Below, piece after piece: positions 1-14,345 of a DNA stretch of 64,000 nt. Under the pieces are notes generated by a model, which saw only the letters and a list, made by a program, of their open reading frames with translations, made no database searches and was not told the DNA's origin. Source of the stretch: Octopus sinensis (lineage: Eukaryota). The stretch lies in the NCBI RefSeq assembly GCF_006345805.1, contig NC_043006.1, positions 74,710,001 through 74,774,000 on the forward strand, read 5' to 3'. The position numbers were made by a program, and so were the translations under genes. How positions within the stretch are numbered: the first letter of the stretch is position 1; each line of letters begins with the position of its first letter.

Positions 1-440
1 CATTCTGACACTAACTCCTCGACCATCTCCATATTACCACCACTATCACTACTATCACACCACCACCACCAACATTCCACCGTCACTAACACCATCCTCA
101 CCATTTCGTCACAAACACCACTACCACCACCATCGCCCCCACCATTCCGTCACCAACATTTCTACCATCACCACTACCACCACTACTACTACCACTACCA
201 CTACTGCCACCATTACCCCCGACCATTCCGTTACCAACACCCCTACCATCACCATCACCACTACCATCGCCATCCTCACAGTAACCATCATTATCACTAC
301 CACCATCACTACCACTATCAGTACACACACCATTCTGTCACTAACACCAGCATCATCATCATCATCGTCGTCGTCGTCATCATCATCATCATCACTACGA
401 CGACCACCACCATCACCCATACCACCACATACATATATCA
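1..440. repeat. Degenerate (CAC/CAT/CGT)n trinucleotide array
   Basis: Triplet periodicity with runs of CATCAT and CGTCGT. Confidence 0.8.
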
Positions 441-1016
441 CCTGTGCCGTGTCTGCAGCCGTTTTTAACCTTTAGTCCATTTGCTGTCAGTCATATGTCT
501 CTGAAAAGACATAACTGTACATTTCAAATGAACATTCGACCTGTCCAAAGTGGACATTTGCCAAATATATCAGTTTTATTACTCTACGGTTTATAACAGA
601 GAACTTCAGATGATTATATTTGAGTTTGTATGAGTATGTGTGTGTGTGTTTATATTTGTGTATACATTTCCTGAGAGGAGAACATGTGTGTATATATGTA
701 TGTGTGTCTGTATGTGCGTGTCTGTATGATACCCGATCGAAGATATACATTTAAATACACTTGTATATACATTTATAAACATAGACACATTCATTCATAC
801 ATAAAGATAGTTATTCATATGTATGGCTATTAATTATATAAAACACACATACATAAATCTTGTGAATGAAGTGAAGCGCATACGAGATATATACGATAAG
901 CATGTATATATGCGAGTGTATGTGTATATATATGGAAGTATGTACATATGCATATACGTGTGTATATATATATATATACATGTGTGTTGTTTATATTATA
1001 TATATATATATATTAT

Positions 1017-1060
<44 letters not shown>

Positions 1061-1082
1061 TATATACATACATACATACATA

Positions 1083-1181
1083 GGCGTAGGAGTGGCTATA
1101 CGGTATGTAGCTTGCTTACGAACCACATTGTGAGTGGATTTGGTAGACGGAAACTGAAAGAAGCCCGCCGTATATATGTAT

Positions 1182-1232
<51 letters not shown>

Positions 1233-1469
1233 GGGGTGTATGTGTGTGCGTGTATATGTTTGTGTGTCTGTGTTTGTCCACCCAAATATTGCTTAACAGC
1301 CGATGCTGGTGTGTTTATGTCCCCATAACTTAGCGGCTCGGCAAAAGAGACCGATAGAATAAGTACTAGGCTTACGAAGAATAAGTCCTGGGGTCGATTT
1401 GCTCGACTAAAGGCGGTGCTCCAGCATGGTCACAGTCACATGATTGACACAAGTAAAAGAGTAAAAGAG
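1083..1469 (+). mobile_element. SINE family A copy with a head deletion
   Basis: Same head, body and tail as the copies at 3472, 13231 and 44232. Confidence 0.8.
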
Positions 1470-1746
1470 TATATATATACATATATATACATGCATATAT
1501 AGTCTTATATTTAAATATGTGTGAGTCTGAACGTGTATGTGTGAGTGTATAATAAATATATGCATCAACTTGAAATAGCCGAATATTTGTATACGTTCGT
1601 TAACTTATCAAAACTATGTATTTCAAATGGTCCCTTATTTGTATAATAATATATTCATAGCCGACAACAAAGGGCAGCTCTGAATCATATAGTCCGCCTA
1701 TAGAATACTGATTTGCTTTGTTTTGTTGTTTTTTCTATGTTTTTTC

Positions 1747-1816
<70 letters not shown>

Positions 1817-2365
1817 ATGTATGTATGTATGTATGTATGTATGTATGTATGTATGATGTATATATGTATGCATAAATATTGTGTGGTGTAGGGTGATATT
1901 AAGTTTGGCTCATGGCATATTCATTTAATAACACTTTTGTGTTTGATGATTTTTTTTCCACCAGATTAGTTTGTCTGTTGAATATAATACAAGCATCTCT
2001 GTTATTAGAATTTGTTTTTGATATTGCCGTAACGCTATTTTAATTGATATGGGTGATGGGAGTAATATTAAAAAAACGTGGTGAGTTTTTTTTTCGGTAG
2101 CTATATGAAGCTAGTCGCAAATGACGGTATAACGTTTAGTGGAGGTTTAAACTAATCAATACCTTTGATTAGTTTTTTTGGTTTCGTTCGTTCTCTTGAT
2201 CTTTCCGTGTATGTGTATAATGTGATAAAGCTATAGGAACAATGGAGATGCTCGTTCTTAAATTGAATACATTTATAAGATTATTCTACAACGGTCTCTG
2301 TATGCAATGCTGTAAATATGGAATGGAATTGACGACATAAACTTTATACAGAGAGCATTTTATAA

Positions 2366-4286
2366 CACTGGGGAACAAATTTTAAAAAAAATTATTGCTT
2401 TCGATTTTACATCAGATTCTAAGTATCTTCACGCCACGTAATAAGAATATTACCTCCATCTGTTCCCAGCAGTTCTAATTTTTGAGAGAATGCACTTATC
2501 AATAAATGTAGTAAAATCACGTACTGTACTATCACAATAGGAAAATGGATTTAGTGCTCTTCTTGCAGCAAAATGCTTTCATTTTGAGCAAAGATGTTCA
2601 AGGTATTGCTGATAAAAGTAACTATATCAAAATATATACCAAGTGAATGGCAGTTACTCATAGTTCTAAGTGGAGCTTAAAATGTGTCATTCTACACAAT
2701 AGCAACAAATATGGATCAATTCCGATTGGTTACATAACTAAGAAGACTGGGCAACAGGAAACAATCATCCGGTTCTTACAGAGGATATTCTATGATCGCC
2801 AATGGGTATTCCGTATGGATTTTAACACGGTGAATCTACTCCTAGGTCAGCAGAATGGATGCACTAAATATCCCCGCTCCATCTGTCGCTGAGTTCGTAT
2901 ATGTAAGGATGAGCATTGAGTGAGGGAACAGTGGTCTCTGCGAAAAAACAAAGTCGTTGGAGAATAGAATGTAATCGCAGAAAACTGGATGGACAGAGAT
3001 GAGATCATTTTTACCACCTCTATACATCAGTCTAGGTTTAATGAAAGAGTTTGTGAAGGCTTTGAACAAAGAAGGGGACTGGTTTGACTACAGATGCGGA
3101 AAATTTCCAGCACCGGACGCAAACACGTTGAAGACAGATTTTTGACGAGCCACAAATCAGGAAACTCATGAAAGTCCTACATTTCGAAGATTCAATTAAC
3201 AATGCTGAGGCCGATGCTTGGTGTTCGTTCACTATGGTTGTGAGAAATTTTCTTGGGAATCATAAAGCAGATAACTACTCTGAACTAGTAGAGAACTTGC
3301 TCTCCTTTTCTTTCCGTCATCTTGGCTGAAATGCGAGTATCAACGTGCATTACTTCTACAGGCATTTGGATCGTTTCTCAGACAACCGTGCAGACTTAAC
3401 TGATGAACAGTGTAAACGATCCTACCTGGATTTAAGAACTACGAAAGAAAGATAATGGAGAGTGGCTGGAGAGGCGCAGGAGTGGCTGTGTGGTAAGTAG
3501 CTTGCTTACCAACCACATGGTTCCGGGTTCAGTCCCACTGCGTAGCACTTTGGGCAAGTGTCTTCTACTATAGCCTCGAACCGACCAAAGCCTTGTGAGT
3601 GGATTTGGTGGACAGAAACTTAAAGAAGCCTGTCGTATATATGTATATATGTATATATATGTGTGTGTATATATGTTGTCTGTATTTGTCCTCCCAACAT
3701 CGCTTGACAACCGATGATGGTGTGTTTACGTCCCCATAATTTAGCGGTTCGGCAAAAGAGACCGATAGAATAAGTCCTGGTATCGATTTGTTCGACTAAA
3801 GGTGTATCTCCAGCATGGCCACAGTCACATGACTGAAACAAGTAAAAGAGAGTAAAAGAAGGATAGTGAGATACTCATATGAGGATGGATCACCATTGGA
3901 CCATTCAGCGTGGTTGTTATGGGGACAGCTCAGCCTGGAAGTCTTTGAGAGGCCGCTTTCGTGAGACATGGGAGTAAATGAACATCGTATCAATGATAAC
4001 ATTCTACACTTCTGTCACTGTTATCTGAATCTTTGAATGTAATTTAATCATAAATAGATATATTCTTCTTGTATGAAACTACTTTTTTGATATTCAAAAG
4101 GCAACAATAATGATTTGTGGTCATCACTCCTTGCACCCGATCGGTTGTATGTATAGCAATTAGAAGTATAGCATACCTCGATAAGCAGAGGTGATGGGGA
4201 AAAACTGAAAGCGTATTTAGAATCAGCGATCAAACTTTAAGTAAAAACAGCTCTATTTCAAATACCAAACTCTGTATTCCCCAGCG
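2366..4286 (+). mobile_element. Internally deleted Chapaev3-like (CMC) DNA transposon relic
   Basis: Termini CACTGGGGAA...TTCCCCAGCG, preceded by TAA. Decayed transposase: SSKWSLKCVILHN, LLGQQNGCTKYP, PPLYISLGLMKEFVKAL, PQIRKLM, VVRNFLGNHKADNY, LTDEQ, DTHM..HWTIQR. Family name recalled from memory, not searched. Confidence 0.7.
3472..3860 (+). mobile_element. tRNA-derived SINE family A inserted into the transposase relic
   Basis: A-box TGGCTGTGTGG, B-box-like GGTTCAGTCCC, internal (TA)n, tail AAGTAAAAGAG. Possible TSD GGAGAGTG (3457) / GGATAGTG (3861). Confidence 0.85.
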
Positions 4287-5639
4287 AAATATTTTGCTTC
4301 TTTCTAAAGTATATAACAATATAAATTTGGAACAAAAGTGGAGATAGAATCTATTTTACACACGACATCTAAAACATTATTCTACAACGGTCAACGTAGA
4401 GAATGCTATAAATATGGAAGAAAATCGAAAACAATCTATTTATACTCATCATATTTATATTATTCATATGACTTTCTTACGTTCGATTGCATACTACGGG
4501 CACCTACTGCTCTTCGTTCAGTGGGATTGTGTCTTCAAGTCCAGTCATTTGCAATTTTCTTTGATATAAGAATATGGATTTAGTTGAGCAAATAAAAATT
4601 TGTTAGACTTTTACTCAACATAATCGAACCGTAGTAGAAAAATATTACGGATATTTTATGTCTTCTATATCTTTCCATATTTAATATTGTTTTGTGACTG
4701 ACACATCAAGATAAAACAATGATCTCAAATTTTGGCACACGAGCAGAAGTTTCTGAGGAGAGGGGGAAGTTGATTATATCGATCCCAGGGATTGAATGGT
4801 ACTTATTTTATGGACCCCGAAAGGATAAAAGATACAGTCGACCTCAACAAAATTTGAATTCAAAACGTAAAAATGGACGAAATGCCGCTAGTTATTTTGT
4901 CCGGTCTGCAACCGGTTCTGCCAACTCACTGCATAACAGCATAAAAGATGCACGACCACACCCTAACTTCAGCTGTGCGTTTTCAGGTAGAGAAGATTTT
5001 AGTGCATTAGAGGCTGTAATATATACCCAAGTTTGTACATAGGACGCAGGGTGATATTTCAGGACACTTTTGGGGCAAAGTGTGCGGGTTATATACGATT
5101 AAGTACGGTGAATTTGAAAATAGAAGTGACAAGTGCATAGCAAAGTAAATAGTTTTCAAAGACGTCCTCGTGTAAGGCAGTAAGCGCCCTTCAGGATAGT
5201 CATGTGAAATTTATACCATTCCAGAACTCAAGTGCTACACAAAAGATACTATTTCAAAATAAAAAAAATTATTTCATGGCTCTCTGTAAAATTCTAACAA
5301 TCTAGAATACAAAACAAAAACGTGGAATTTCCCCAGATATTGATTAGTTTTGCTTATTCTCTTCGAGATGTTTCTCCCCAGTTTAATGCTCATCGGATAT
5401 CGGATTACAACACAATAGGTTAAGCATTGAACAAAATACTACGTACTAATGTGGTTACGTTCCTTTGCGTTCTGAGTTCAAATGCTGTCTACTCCATACA
5501 GTCTTTCATCCTTCGGAAGAAATGGTTCGTGGTGTTTTTTTGTTTTTTTCTGACGCTCTAACAAGTCTGCTAATCGATCGCGATAAATAATAATTCTGAT
5601 TTATTTTCTCATTTTTTATTTTATAATAATGATAATGCT

Positions 5640-6470
5640 TTCTCCAATTGGCACAAGGTCAGAAATTTGAGGGAAATAGGCTAGTCAATTTTATCAACAG
5701 ATACTTATTTTATCGATCCCGTAAAGAATGAAAGGCAAAGTCGACCGGGGCTGGATTTGAGTGCAGAACGATAAGTCGAAAAAATGCCGCTAAGCATTTT
5801 TCCGGTGCAACAACAATTCTGCATGCTTACATATGAGAGCCTATATTTGTGTTTGCTCACGCAGAGACATATGCATCAATTGGTGTTGGTTTGTTTACGA
5901 CCCCTTAACGTAGTAGTTCGGCAAAAGAAAACGATCGATGGAATAAGTACCAAACACAAAAAAAAGAAGTACAGGGGTCGATTTGTTCGACTGAACCCTT
6001 CAAGGGGGTGCCCCAGTATGGTCACATTTCAATAACTGAAACAAATAAAGGAGGCGAGCAGGTAGAAAAGGCGGTGAGCTGGCAGAAACGTTAGCACGCC
6101 GGGCGAAATGTTTAGTGGTATTTCGTCTGCCGTTACGTTCTGAGTTCAAATTCCGCCGAGATCAACTTTGCCTTTTATCCTTTCGGGGTCGATTAAATAA
6201 GTACCAGTTACGCACTGGGCTCGATGTAATCGACTTAATCCGTTTGTCTGTCCTTCTTTGTCCCCTCTGTGTTTAGCCCCTTGTGGGTAGTAAAGAAATA
6301 GGTATTTCGTCTGCCTTTACGTTCTGTGTTCAAATTCCGCCAAGGCCGACTTTGCTTTCTTCCTTTCGGGATCGATAAATTAAGTACCAGCTGCGTACTG
6401 GGGTCGATCTAATCGACGAGCCCCATCCCCAAAAATGCCTAGAGCAGAAAAGAATAACTAAAACAAGTAA
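5640..6470. mobile_element. Cluster of SINE family B copies plus a family A 3' part
   Basis: Head GGCGAGCTGGCAGAAACGTTAG, B-box GAGTTCAAATTC, core GTCGACTTTGCCTTTCATCCTTTCGGGGTCGATAAA. Confidence 0.7.
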
Positions 6471-7307
6471 GACATATATAGCTTTTAAAGAATACATGTA
6501 GGAAACGAAACTGTTTCAAAGGTTCGATTCTGTTTCACTTAAAGCCATCTATCGACTAATGTACCTTTTAGTAGCATTGTACAGCTTCCTTAATGTTGGT
6601 TTTTAGTAAGGTAACACTAATAGATCTAATCTTACTCTTCTTTCTGTGTCTCTCTGTGTCATGAACCATTTCTAGCAGCTAATAATATCATATATCAATA
6701 AGATGAAATACAGTTCACTAGAATCTCTAGATTGCTATAATGTCATTTCCCTCCGGATATGTTCTTAGTGTGTTAAAGGAGTTTCATTATGTTACTTTTG
6801 TCGCATTATCTTTATTAAAGTTGTTGTCTTCGAGAAATATTGTAATTCACACTGGTGGTCAGTCTCCATTTAGTTAAAATTTCTTTAGTCAACATTACAC
6901 ATACATCTTCATTTAGTGTGTTTGCTGTTCGAGAAACTATAATTATAAATAGTAAGTCTTCATTTTACGGGTAAGTTCTAAGGATTTTTTTTTTCGTTTT
7001 ACTTGATACATTTTCCGTGACATAGGTTACAAATGATCTTATGAAAGACACAAACACCACTTTTAACAACTTCAAAGCTCTGCGTTAAAATGATTTAGTG
7101 TCATCAGAGAAAAGTCAATTGAATTTCTGTCAGGAAAATTTTATCTGACGACTCTGTTTAAAATAGAAAGTTGTATTATCATTCAAGAAAAGGTTGTTTC
7201 GTATCATTTCAAAGAGGTCCAGTTGATATCATTATGAATAAACCACCTGTCATTTCATATAACGTTTTATACTGTGCGGAAAAGTATATCATACGCATAG
7301 GCACAGG

Positions 7308-7725
7308 CATGGCTGTGTAGTCAGAAGCTTGCTTCCCATCCACGTAGTTATGGGTTCAGTCCCACTGCTTAGCACTTTGATCAAGTGTCTTCCACTATGG
7401 CCTCGGGCCGACACGTAAGCCTTGTGAGTGGACATGGTAGACGGAAACTGAAAGAAGCCCGTTGTATATATATATATATATGTGCGTGTGTGTGTGTGTG
7501 TGTATCTATGTACATTTGTGTTTGCGTTTGTCCCTCATTGCTGCTTGACAACCGGTGTTGGTGTGTTTACGTCCCCGTAACTTAGCGGTTAGACAAAGGA
7601 GACCAACAGAATAAGAAACAGTCTTCAAAAAACATGAATACAGTGGTCGATTCATTCGATTAAAATTCTTCAAGGCGGTGCCCCAGCATGGCCGTAGTCT
7701 GATGACCGAAACAAGTAAGAGATAA
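7308..7725 (+). mobile_element. SINE family A, diverged copy
   Basis: Homologous head, central microsatellite and tail. Confidence 0.75.
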
Positions 7726-10700
7726 GATGTAATGTGAAATGGCAGAATCATTGACCCTTAAACGGCAGGAAAGGGCTGTCTGAATGTACGTGCCAAACGG
7801 GCAAAAAAATATCCCTTTTTCTTAAGGGAAACTTTTATAGTTTGTTGTGTGTGGAGAGAGTCATATTGTTTTAATGCCTCATTATCTAACACACTCACCG
7901 GTTCGATTTCCATTTAGTCATTATTTATATATTTTTCTTCCAAAAGATTTCGTTGCTTTTGCAGCAAAAGCAAGGTTGCAAAAGCAACGAAAATTTTGGA
8001 AGAAAAACTATAAATAATAAACGAGTGGAAATCGAACCGGTGAGTGTGTTAAATAATAAGGCATTAAGATAATGACTCTCTCCAGACAACAAAATCTGCT
8101 TCAACACACGAATTCACATAAAGAACTTTGTAAACCAGATACAAAAACGAAGTAAAATATTTTTATACTTGTTTTCAAATACAAAAACTATAATAATTTT
8201 TAGTAAAGGCTAAAATAGATGCAAAAACTATAATAATTTTTAGTAGCTCGCACAATAGGATTTACAATCTCATCATCGGAAAGTAATCGTAAAATATTCA
8301 CTTTCCTTTGATGATGGTCGCATTCAGGTAAAATTCTTGAAACACAAGTTGATGATATCCGCCGTTTATTGGTTAAAGCATACAACAAAATACCTTGTAC
8401 TATTCAATCTGGTTCTCTTGCATTCTGAGTCCCAATCTCACCGATGTCAACTTTGTCTTTCATCTTTCTGGGGCAAATAAAATAAGGAACTATCAAATAG
8501 CGGGGTCACTGATATAAAATACCAATCGAGGGTGGTGAAGTGGAAGAACTGTAAGGGCGTCGGACGAACTGCCTTGCGATATTCATTCCCGATCCTTGGG
8601 CTCTGAGTACTTAACGTCAACACCTGATAGTTTCGGTATCTTCAGCGAAGTCACCTCTCTTGCAAATATTCTCTCACTAGAAGATTAATTTATATTCCCT
8701 TTCTCCCACAAGTCTAAAAGGCCTTAAGAAAAAAAGGACCAAGGGCTTTACATTTTCTTGATTGAATATACAGTAAAAAATAACGTACAAACCATCGAAG
8801 AAGTAATAAACTTCTATTAAATTTTACAGGTATCTATCTTATGTGATATTTACAGATATGCTACAAATTCCAATCAGTTAAGTGTAATAAAGCTTAATTC
8901 CCAGAAGCGCAACAATGTGTTTGGGTTCCTGTAGAATTATTATGCATTCAGCTTAAATACACAATGAAACATCTGTTGTGTTGCGCATTTGAACCGATGA
9001 CCTTATAAGCTAAGAATTCTATAGCACATCCATTTGGTTATTTTGATTTTCAGTCTCTGTAGCTACATAAAATCATTCGATTCAGTCTTTCAAGTGTGTC
9101 CTCTAGACTGACCACATCCTAACAAAGAGATATATCCAATTAAAATGTGCCTTAGCTTGCAAATGGTATTTGCATGACGTGGAACGATATGGTGTGCCAA
9201 AGATGCAAGACAAAATTATTACACGTAGAATGTGAAGAGGGGAAAGACGATACAATACGATGAAGAATTTAGCATGGCACTTGGTGAACTCTGTCAACTG
9301 ACTGTGTTTCCGTTTTACTTTTCTTTTTTCAAAGTTAGTGTTCATAATTTTTCCACTGTTTTTTTGTTTTTTTTTTTCCGAGTTCATTAAGGGCTGAATA
9401 TCAATAATTTTTTTCAACAGCTCATATAGACCTTCCTTAGCATTTTGCCTTTTTTTCTTTTGTTTTGTCCTACGACACTCGCTATGCTTAACATACTTAA
9501 AAGGTCCCTATAAAACAATAAACTAAAATGATGTTATCTAAAAACGAAAAGAAAATGAACCGATATTGCATTTTGGGATCGATAAAATAAAGTACCCGTT
9601 AAGTAAATAGTTCGTCTAATCCCTTCCCTCTAAATTCCAGGCCTTGACCATTAATGAGAAATCAGTGTCATTATTATCGTCAATGAGTTGGCAGAATCGT
9701 TAGCGTGCTGGACAAAACGCTTAGCGGCATTTCTTCGGGCTTTAGTTTCTGAGTTCAAATTCTATCAAGGTCGACTTGGTCTTTCATCCTTTCGGGGTAA
9801 ATAAAATATATAACTGACGAAGAGAGGAGTCGATATAATTGACTAGTCTTTGCTCTCAAAAATTTCAGGCTTTTTGCTTATAGTAGAAAGAGTTATTAAT
9901 GTTGTTAAGGCGGCGCGCTGGTAGAATTATTAGAGCTTCAGACAAAATGCTTAATGGTATTTCTTCCGGCTCTTTACGTTCTAAGTTCAAATACTGTCGA
10001 GGCCAAATTTGCCTTTCACCCTTTTCAGGTCGATAAAATAAGTATCAATCAAGTACTATGGATCGATGTAATCAACCTGCTTCTTCTCCTCGAAATCACT
10101 GGCCCTGTGCCAGCAATTGGTAGTATTGACAAAATAGCGCGTCGAACAAAATACTTTGCCTTATTTGTTCCAGCCTTTATGTTCAGGGTTCGAATCAGGC
10201 TGCCGTTGTCTTTGCGTTTCAGCCCTTAGGAATTGATAGTTGTTGTGACCCTCTTCGGTTATGAATGACCATGGGATTGCACCTAGAAATTTACCCGCCG
10301 AGGCACAAGTCTGGGCAAGATTGTTTATGGAAGACCTGCAGTCACCCACATATACCAGCCTCCCATTCCCATGCCACCGATGTTATCCAAGGGAAAGGCA
10401 AAGGCCGATACAGCTTGGCACCAGTGACGTAGCAGCTCATTTATTAACGTGCAAGTGGCTGAGCACTCCAGAGACACGTGTACCCTTAACATAGTTCTCG
10501 GGGAGATTCAAGGTGACACAGTGTGTGACAAGGCTGGCCCTTTGAAATACAGGTACAACAGAAACAGGAAAAAAGAGTGAGAGAAAGGTATGGTGAAAGA
10601 GTACAGCAAGGTTCAGGCCACCCCCTACCGGAGCCTCGTGAAGCTTTAGGTGTTTTCGCTCAATAAACACTCACAATACCCGGTCTGGGAATCGAAACCG

Positions 10701-11479
10701 CGATCCTACGACCGCGAGTCCGCAGTCCTAACCACTGAGCCATTGCGCCTCCACAGGAATTTATTGTACAAAGTAAACAAAATATCAGTATAAAGTCACT
10801 TAATCCCCTCCCCTTAAAATTTGGTGGCCTTCTGTTTCACATGTGTAACATTGCAATGGATGCAAGTGCAGGGTGCAAGTGATGTGTAACATTGCAATGG
10901 ATGCAAGTGAAGGATGCAATGACACTAGAACGGTACGAAAACGAAACTGCGTCCACTTTTACATCACAAAACACATTTTTCCGAATCTGTTTGCCACTTG
11001 CTCTTACAATCCTGATATGATAAGAACAAAATTTACACTAGAAATACATCAAGCAAGATGATTAGTTTAAGTAATAAAAAAAAAGCAAATAACCTACAAA
11101 TGAACCGACCGAACCAAAGAACAACGTAGAGAAGGACGTAAAGATATAAACTTGGCTTCCATAAAAAGAAGTATTCATAAGACGTAAAATTACAACGAGA
11201 AAGAGAAATCTAATTTATCTGAGGGATATAGATAAGAGTTAAGAGATAATAGCTTATTGCGGATGTTTTGCAGGGAAAATGTCAGAAAATTACTAAAATA
11301 CGGCGGACATTAAAAGTTAGAATCTTGAGGAGAAAAAGCATTTTTAAAAAGAAATTAATTGTTGCTATTTGATTTGTTATTATATTAGGGAAACTTTGCT
11401 TATTTCAGTTATTTTGACATTATTATTTCTTCTTTTAGTCTGATATTATTCATTTATATTTCTATTACTGTTTCGAAGA

Positions 11480-11901
11480 CCTGTTGAGGCAAGTGAAATC
11501 GAAATCGAAATCAAATTCGATGACTGGCATCCGTGCTAGTGGAGCGTTAAGATCACCATTCGAACTTGATCATTACCAGCGTCGCCTTACTGGCACTTGT
11601 GCCGGTGGCACGTGAAAAAACATTCGAGCGAGGTCGTTGCCAGTGCTGCTGGACTGGCTCCTGTGCAGGGGGCACGTAAAAAACACCGACTGAGAGTGGC
11701 CGTTACCAGTAACGCGTGACTGGCCCTCGTGCCGGTAGCACGTAAAAGCACTCACTACAATCTCGGAGTGGTTGGCGTTAGGAAGGGCATCCAGCTGTAG
11801 AAACCACGCCGGGTCAGATTGGAGCCTGGTGCAGCCATCTGGTTCGCCAGTCCTCAGTCAAATCGTTCAACCCATGCTAGCATGGAAAGCGGACGTTAAA
11901 C

Positions 11902-11932
<31 letters not shown>
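11480..11932 (+). mobile_element. RTE 3'-end fragment; similar fragments at about 39700-40080(-), 42110-42320(-), 42990-43405(+), 52900-53200(-), 57255-57448(+), 62590-62940(+), 63960-64000(+)
   Basis: Shared CACTACACTC..GGAGTGGTTGGCGTTAGGAAGGGCATCCAGC and CCATGCTAGCATGG before (GAT)n. Confidence 0.8.
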
Positions 11933-11933
<1 letters not shown>

Positions 11934-12639
11934 CTATTACTCTATTTGTTCCAATTCTTTATGTCTTGAGTTCAAATCCCTCCGAGTCTAAATTTGCTAT
12001 ACTTAATTTTGGGTTTGATAGAATAAAGTACCAGTCTCGCATTGGGTTCGATGTAATCGACTGATCCCCTCCCCTCAAAGTTACTGACCTTACAATTAAT
12101 TCAGAAGCGATTAAAGAGGGCAAACTGGCAGAATCGTTAGAATGTCGGGAAAATGCTTTGCAATGTATTTTCCGGCTTTTGACATTCTTAGTTCAAATCC
12201 ACTGAGATCAGCTTTGCTTTCCATCCCATCGGGGGTCAATAAAATAATATACCAGTCATGTACTGAGGTCTCTTAACGCTCTCCCTTCAAAATTTCTAGT
12301 ATTTTGATCCAATCAGAAACTACCAGTTATTTTCTGATTGCTGTTGCGGTTAGGAGATTGTCGCTGGATGTTCTGTGTTCAAATCCTCACAGGGTTAATT
12401 TAGCCGGCTTAATGTCTGATAACTATATTTGAAAATTACTAAAGGCAGTAAAGATGGCGTGTCGGACAAAATTGTGAGTTGAACAAAATACTTAGTAGCA
12501 TTTCTTGCGATTCATTATGTTTTGAGTTCAAATTCCGTCGAGATCAATTTGCCTTTCAGATTTTGTTGATAAGATAATTACTAGTCAAGTATTGGGTCGT
12601 TGCAATCAATTTTCCTCTTTCTGGGAATTGCGATCATGA

Positions 12640-13214
<575 letters not shown>

Positions 13215-13230
13215 ATATATAATATATATT

Positions 13231-13399
13231 GGCGCAGGAGTGGCCGTATGGTAAGTATCTTGCTTACCAACCATATGGTTCCGGGTTCAGTTCCACTGCG
13301 TGGCACCTTGGGCAAGTGCCTTCTACTATAGCCTCGAGCCGACCAAAGCCTTGTGAATGGATTTGGTGGACAGAAGCTGAAGGAGGCCTGTCGTATGTA

Positions 13400-13450
<51 letters not shown>

Positions 13451-13751
13451 GTATGTATGTATGTATGTATGTATGTATGTATGTATGTATGTATGTATGT
13501 ATGTATGTATGTATGTATGTGTGTGTGTGTATGTGTGTGCGTTTATATTTGTGTGTCTGTGTTTGTCCCCTCAACATCGCGTTTGTGTTTATGTCCCCGT
13601 AACTTAGCGGTTCGGCAAAAGATACCGATAGAATAAGTACTAGGCTTACAAAGAATAAGTGCCGGGGTCGAATTGCTCGACTAAAGGTGATGCTCCACCA
13701 TAGCCGCAGTCAAATGACTGAAACAAGTAAAAGAGTGAAAGAGTAAAAGAG
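13231..13751 (+). mobile_element. SINE family A with expanded internal (TA)n(TGTA)n
   Basis: Full head GGCGCAGGAGTGGC through the GTAAAAGAG tail. Confidence 0.85.
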
Positions 13752-13914
13752 AGGTGCGGGACATAGTTGTGTGGTTAAGAAGTTTGCTTTGCAACCACGT
13801 GATTTTGGGTTCAGTCCGACTGCACAGCACCTTGGGTAAGTGTCATCTACTATAGCTCCAAGCCGACCAATGGTGTGTCATTGACTTTGGTTAGCGGAAC
13901 TGGAAGCCCGTCAT

Positions 13915-13979
<65 letters not shown>

Positions 13980-14345
13980 TATATATATATACATATATAT
14001 ATATATACACCGCTACCGTAGACAAATGCTTCCTCTCTATTCTGTTGCATCAAACATTAAATATAGTTGGCGTATGTATATCACACACATAGACGCAGAT
14101 GCAGTTATATACACACACTCATACACACACACAAACACTCAAACTCATTAACAAAACATACACCCGTCAATCCCCATACATACAGCATACAAACTGTCCC
14201 CTTCCTATTTTTTTATAACTTCCTCCTTCCATCCAATTTTGACGTCATTGCTTATAACGGATTATTTTAAATAAATACTCATTATCACGGTGGAAACCAT
14301 GTAGGCAGACGGTAAGAAGCTTTTGTTCGTCTTGAGGCTGATAGA

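Noticed and set aside
98-441. Gly/Asp/Ser- and Val/Met-rich ORFs
   Set aside because: They are translations of a degenerate trinucleotide array, with no splice signals or domain.
5360-5400. Minus-strand CCGATGAG...GAAACATCTC
   Set aside because: The core is mutated and stems I-III do not pair convincingly.
7695-7720. CTGATGA-CC-GAAAC-AA-GTA hammerhead-like core
   Set aside because: No room for stem II and no stem I; it is a variant of the SINE A tail GTCAAATGACTGAAACAAGTA.
8608-8650. Minus-strand CTGAAGA-TACC-GAAA-CTATC
   Set aside because: Stems I, II and III are all unpaired; probably a chance match.
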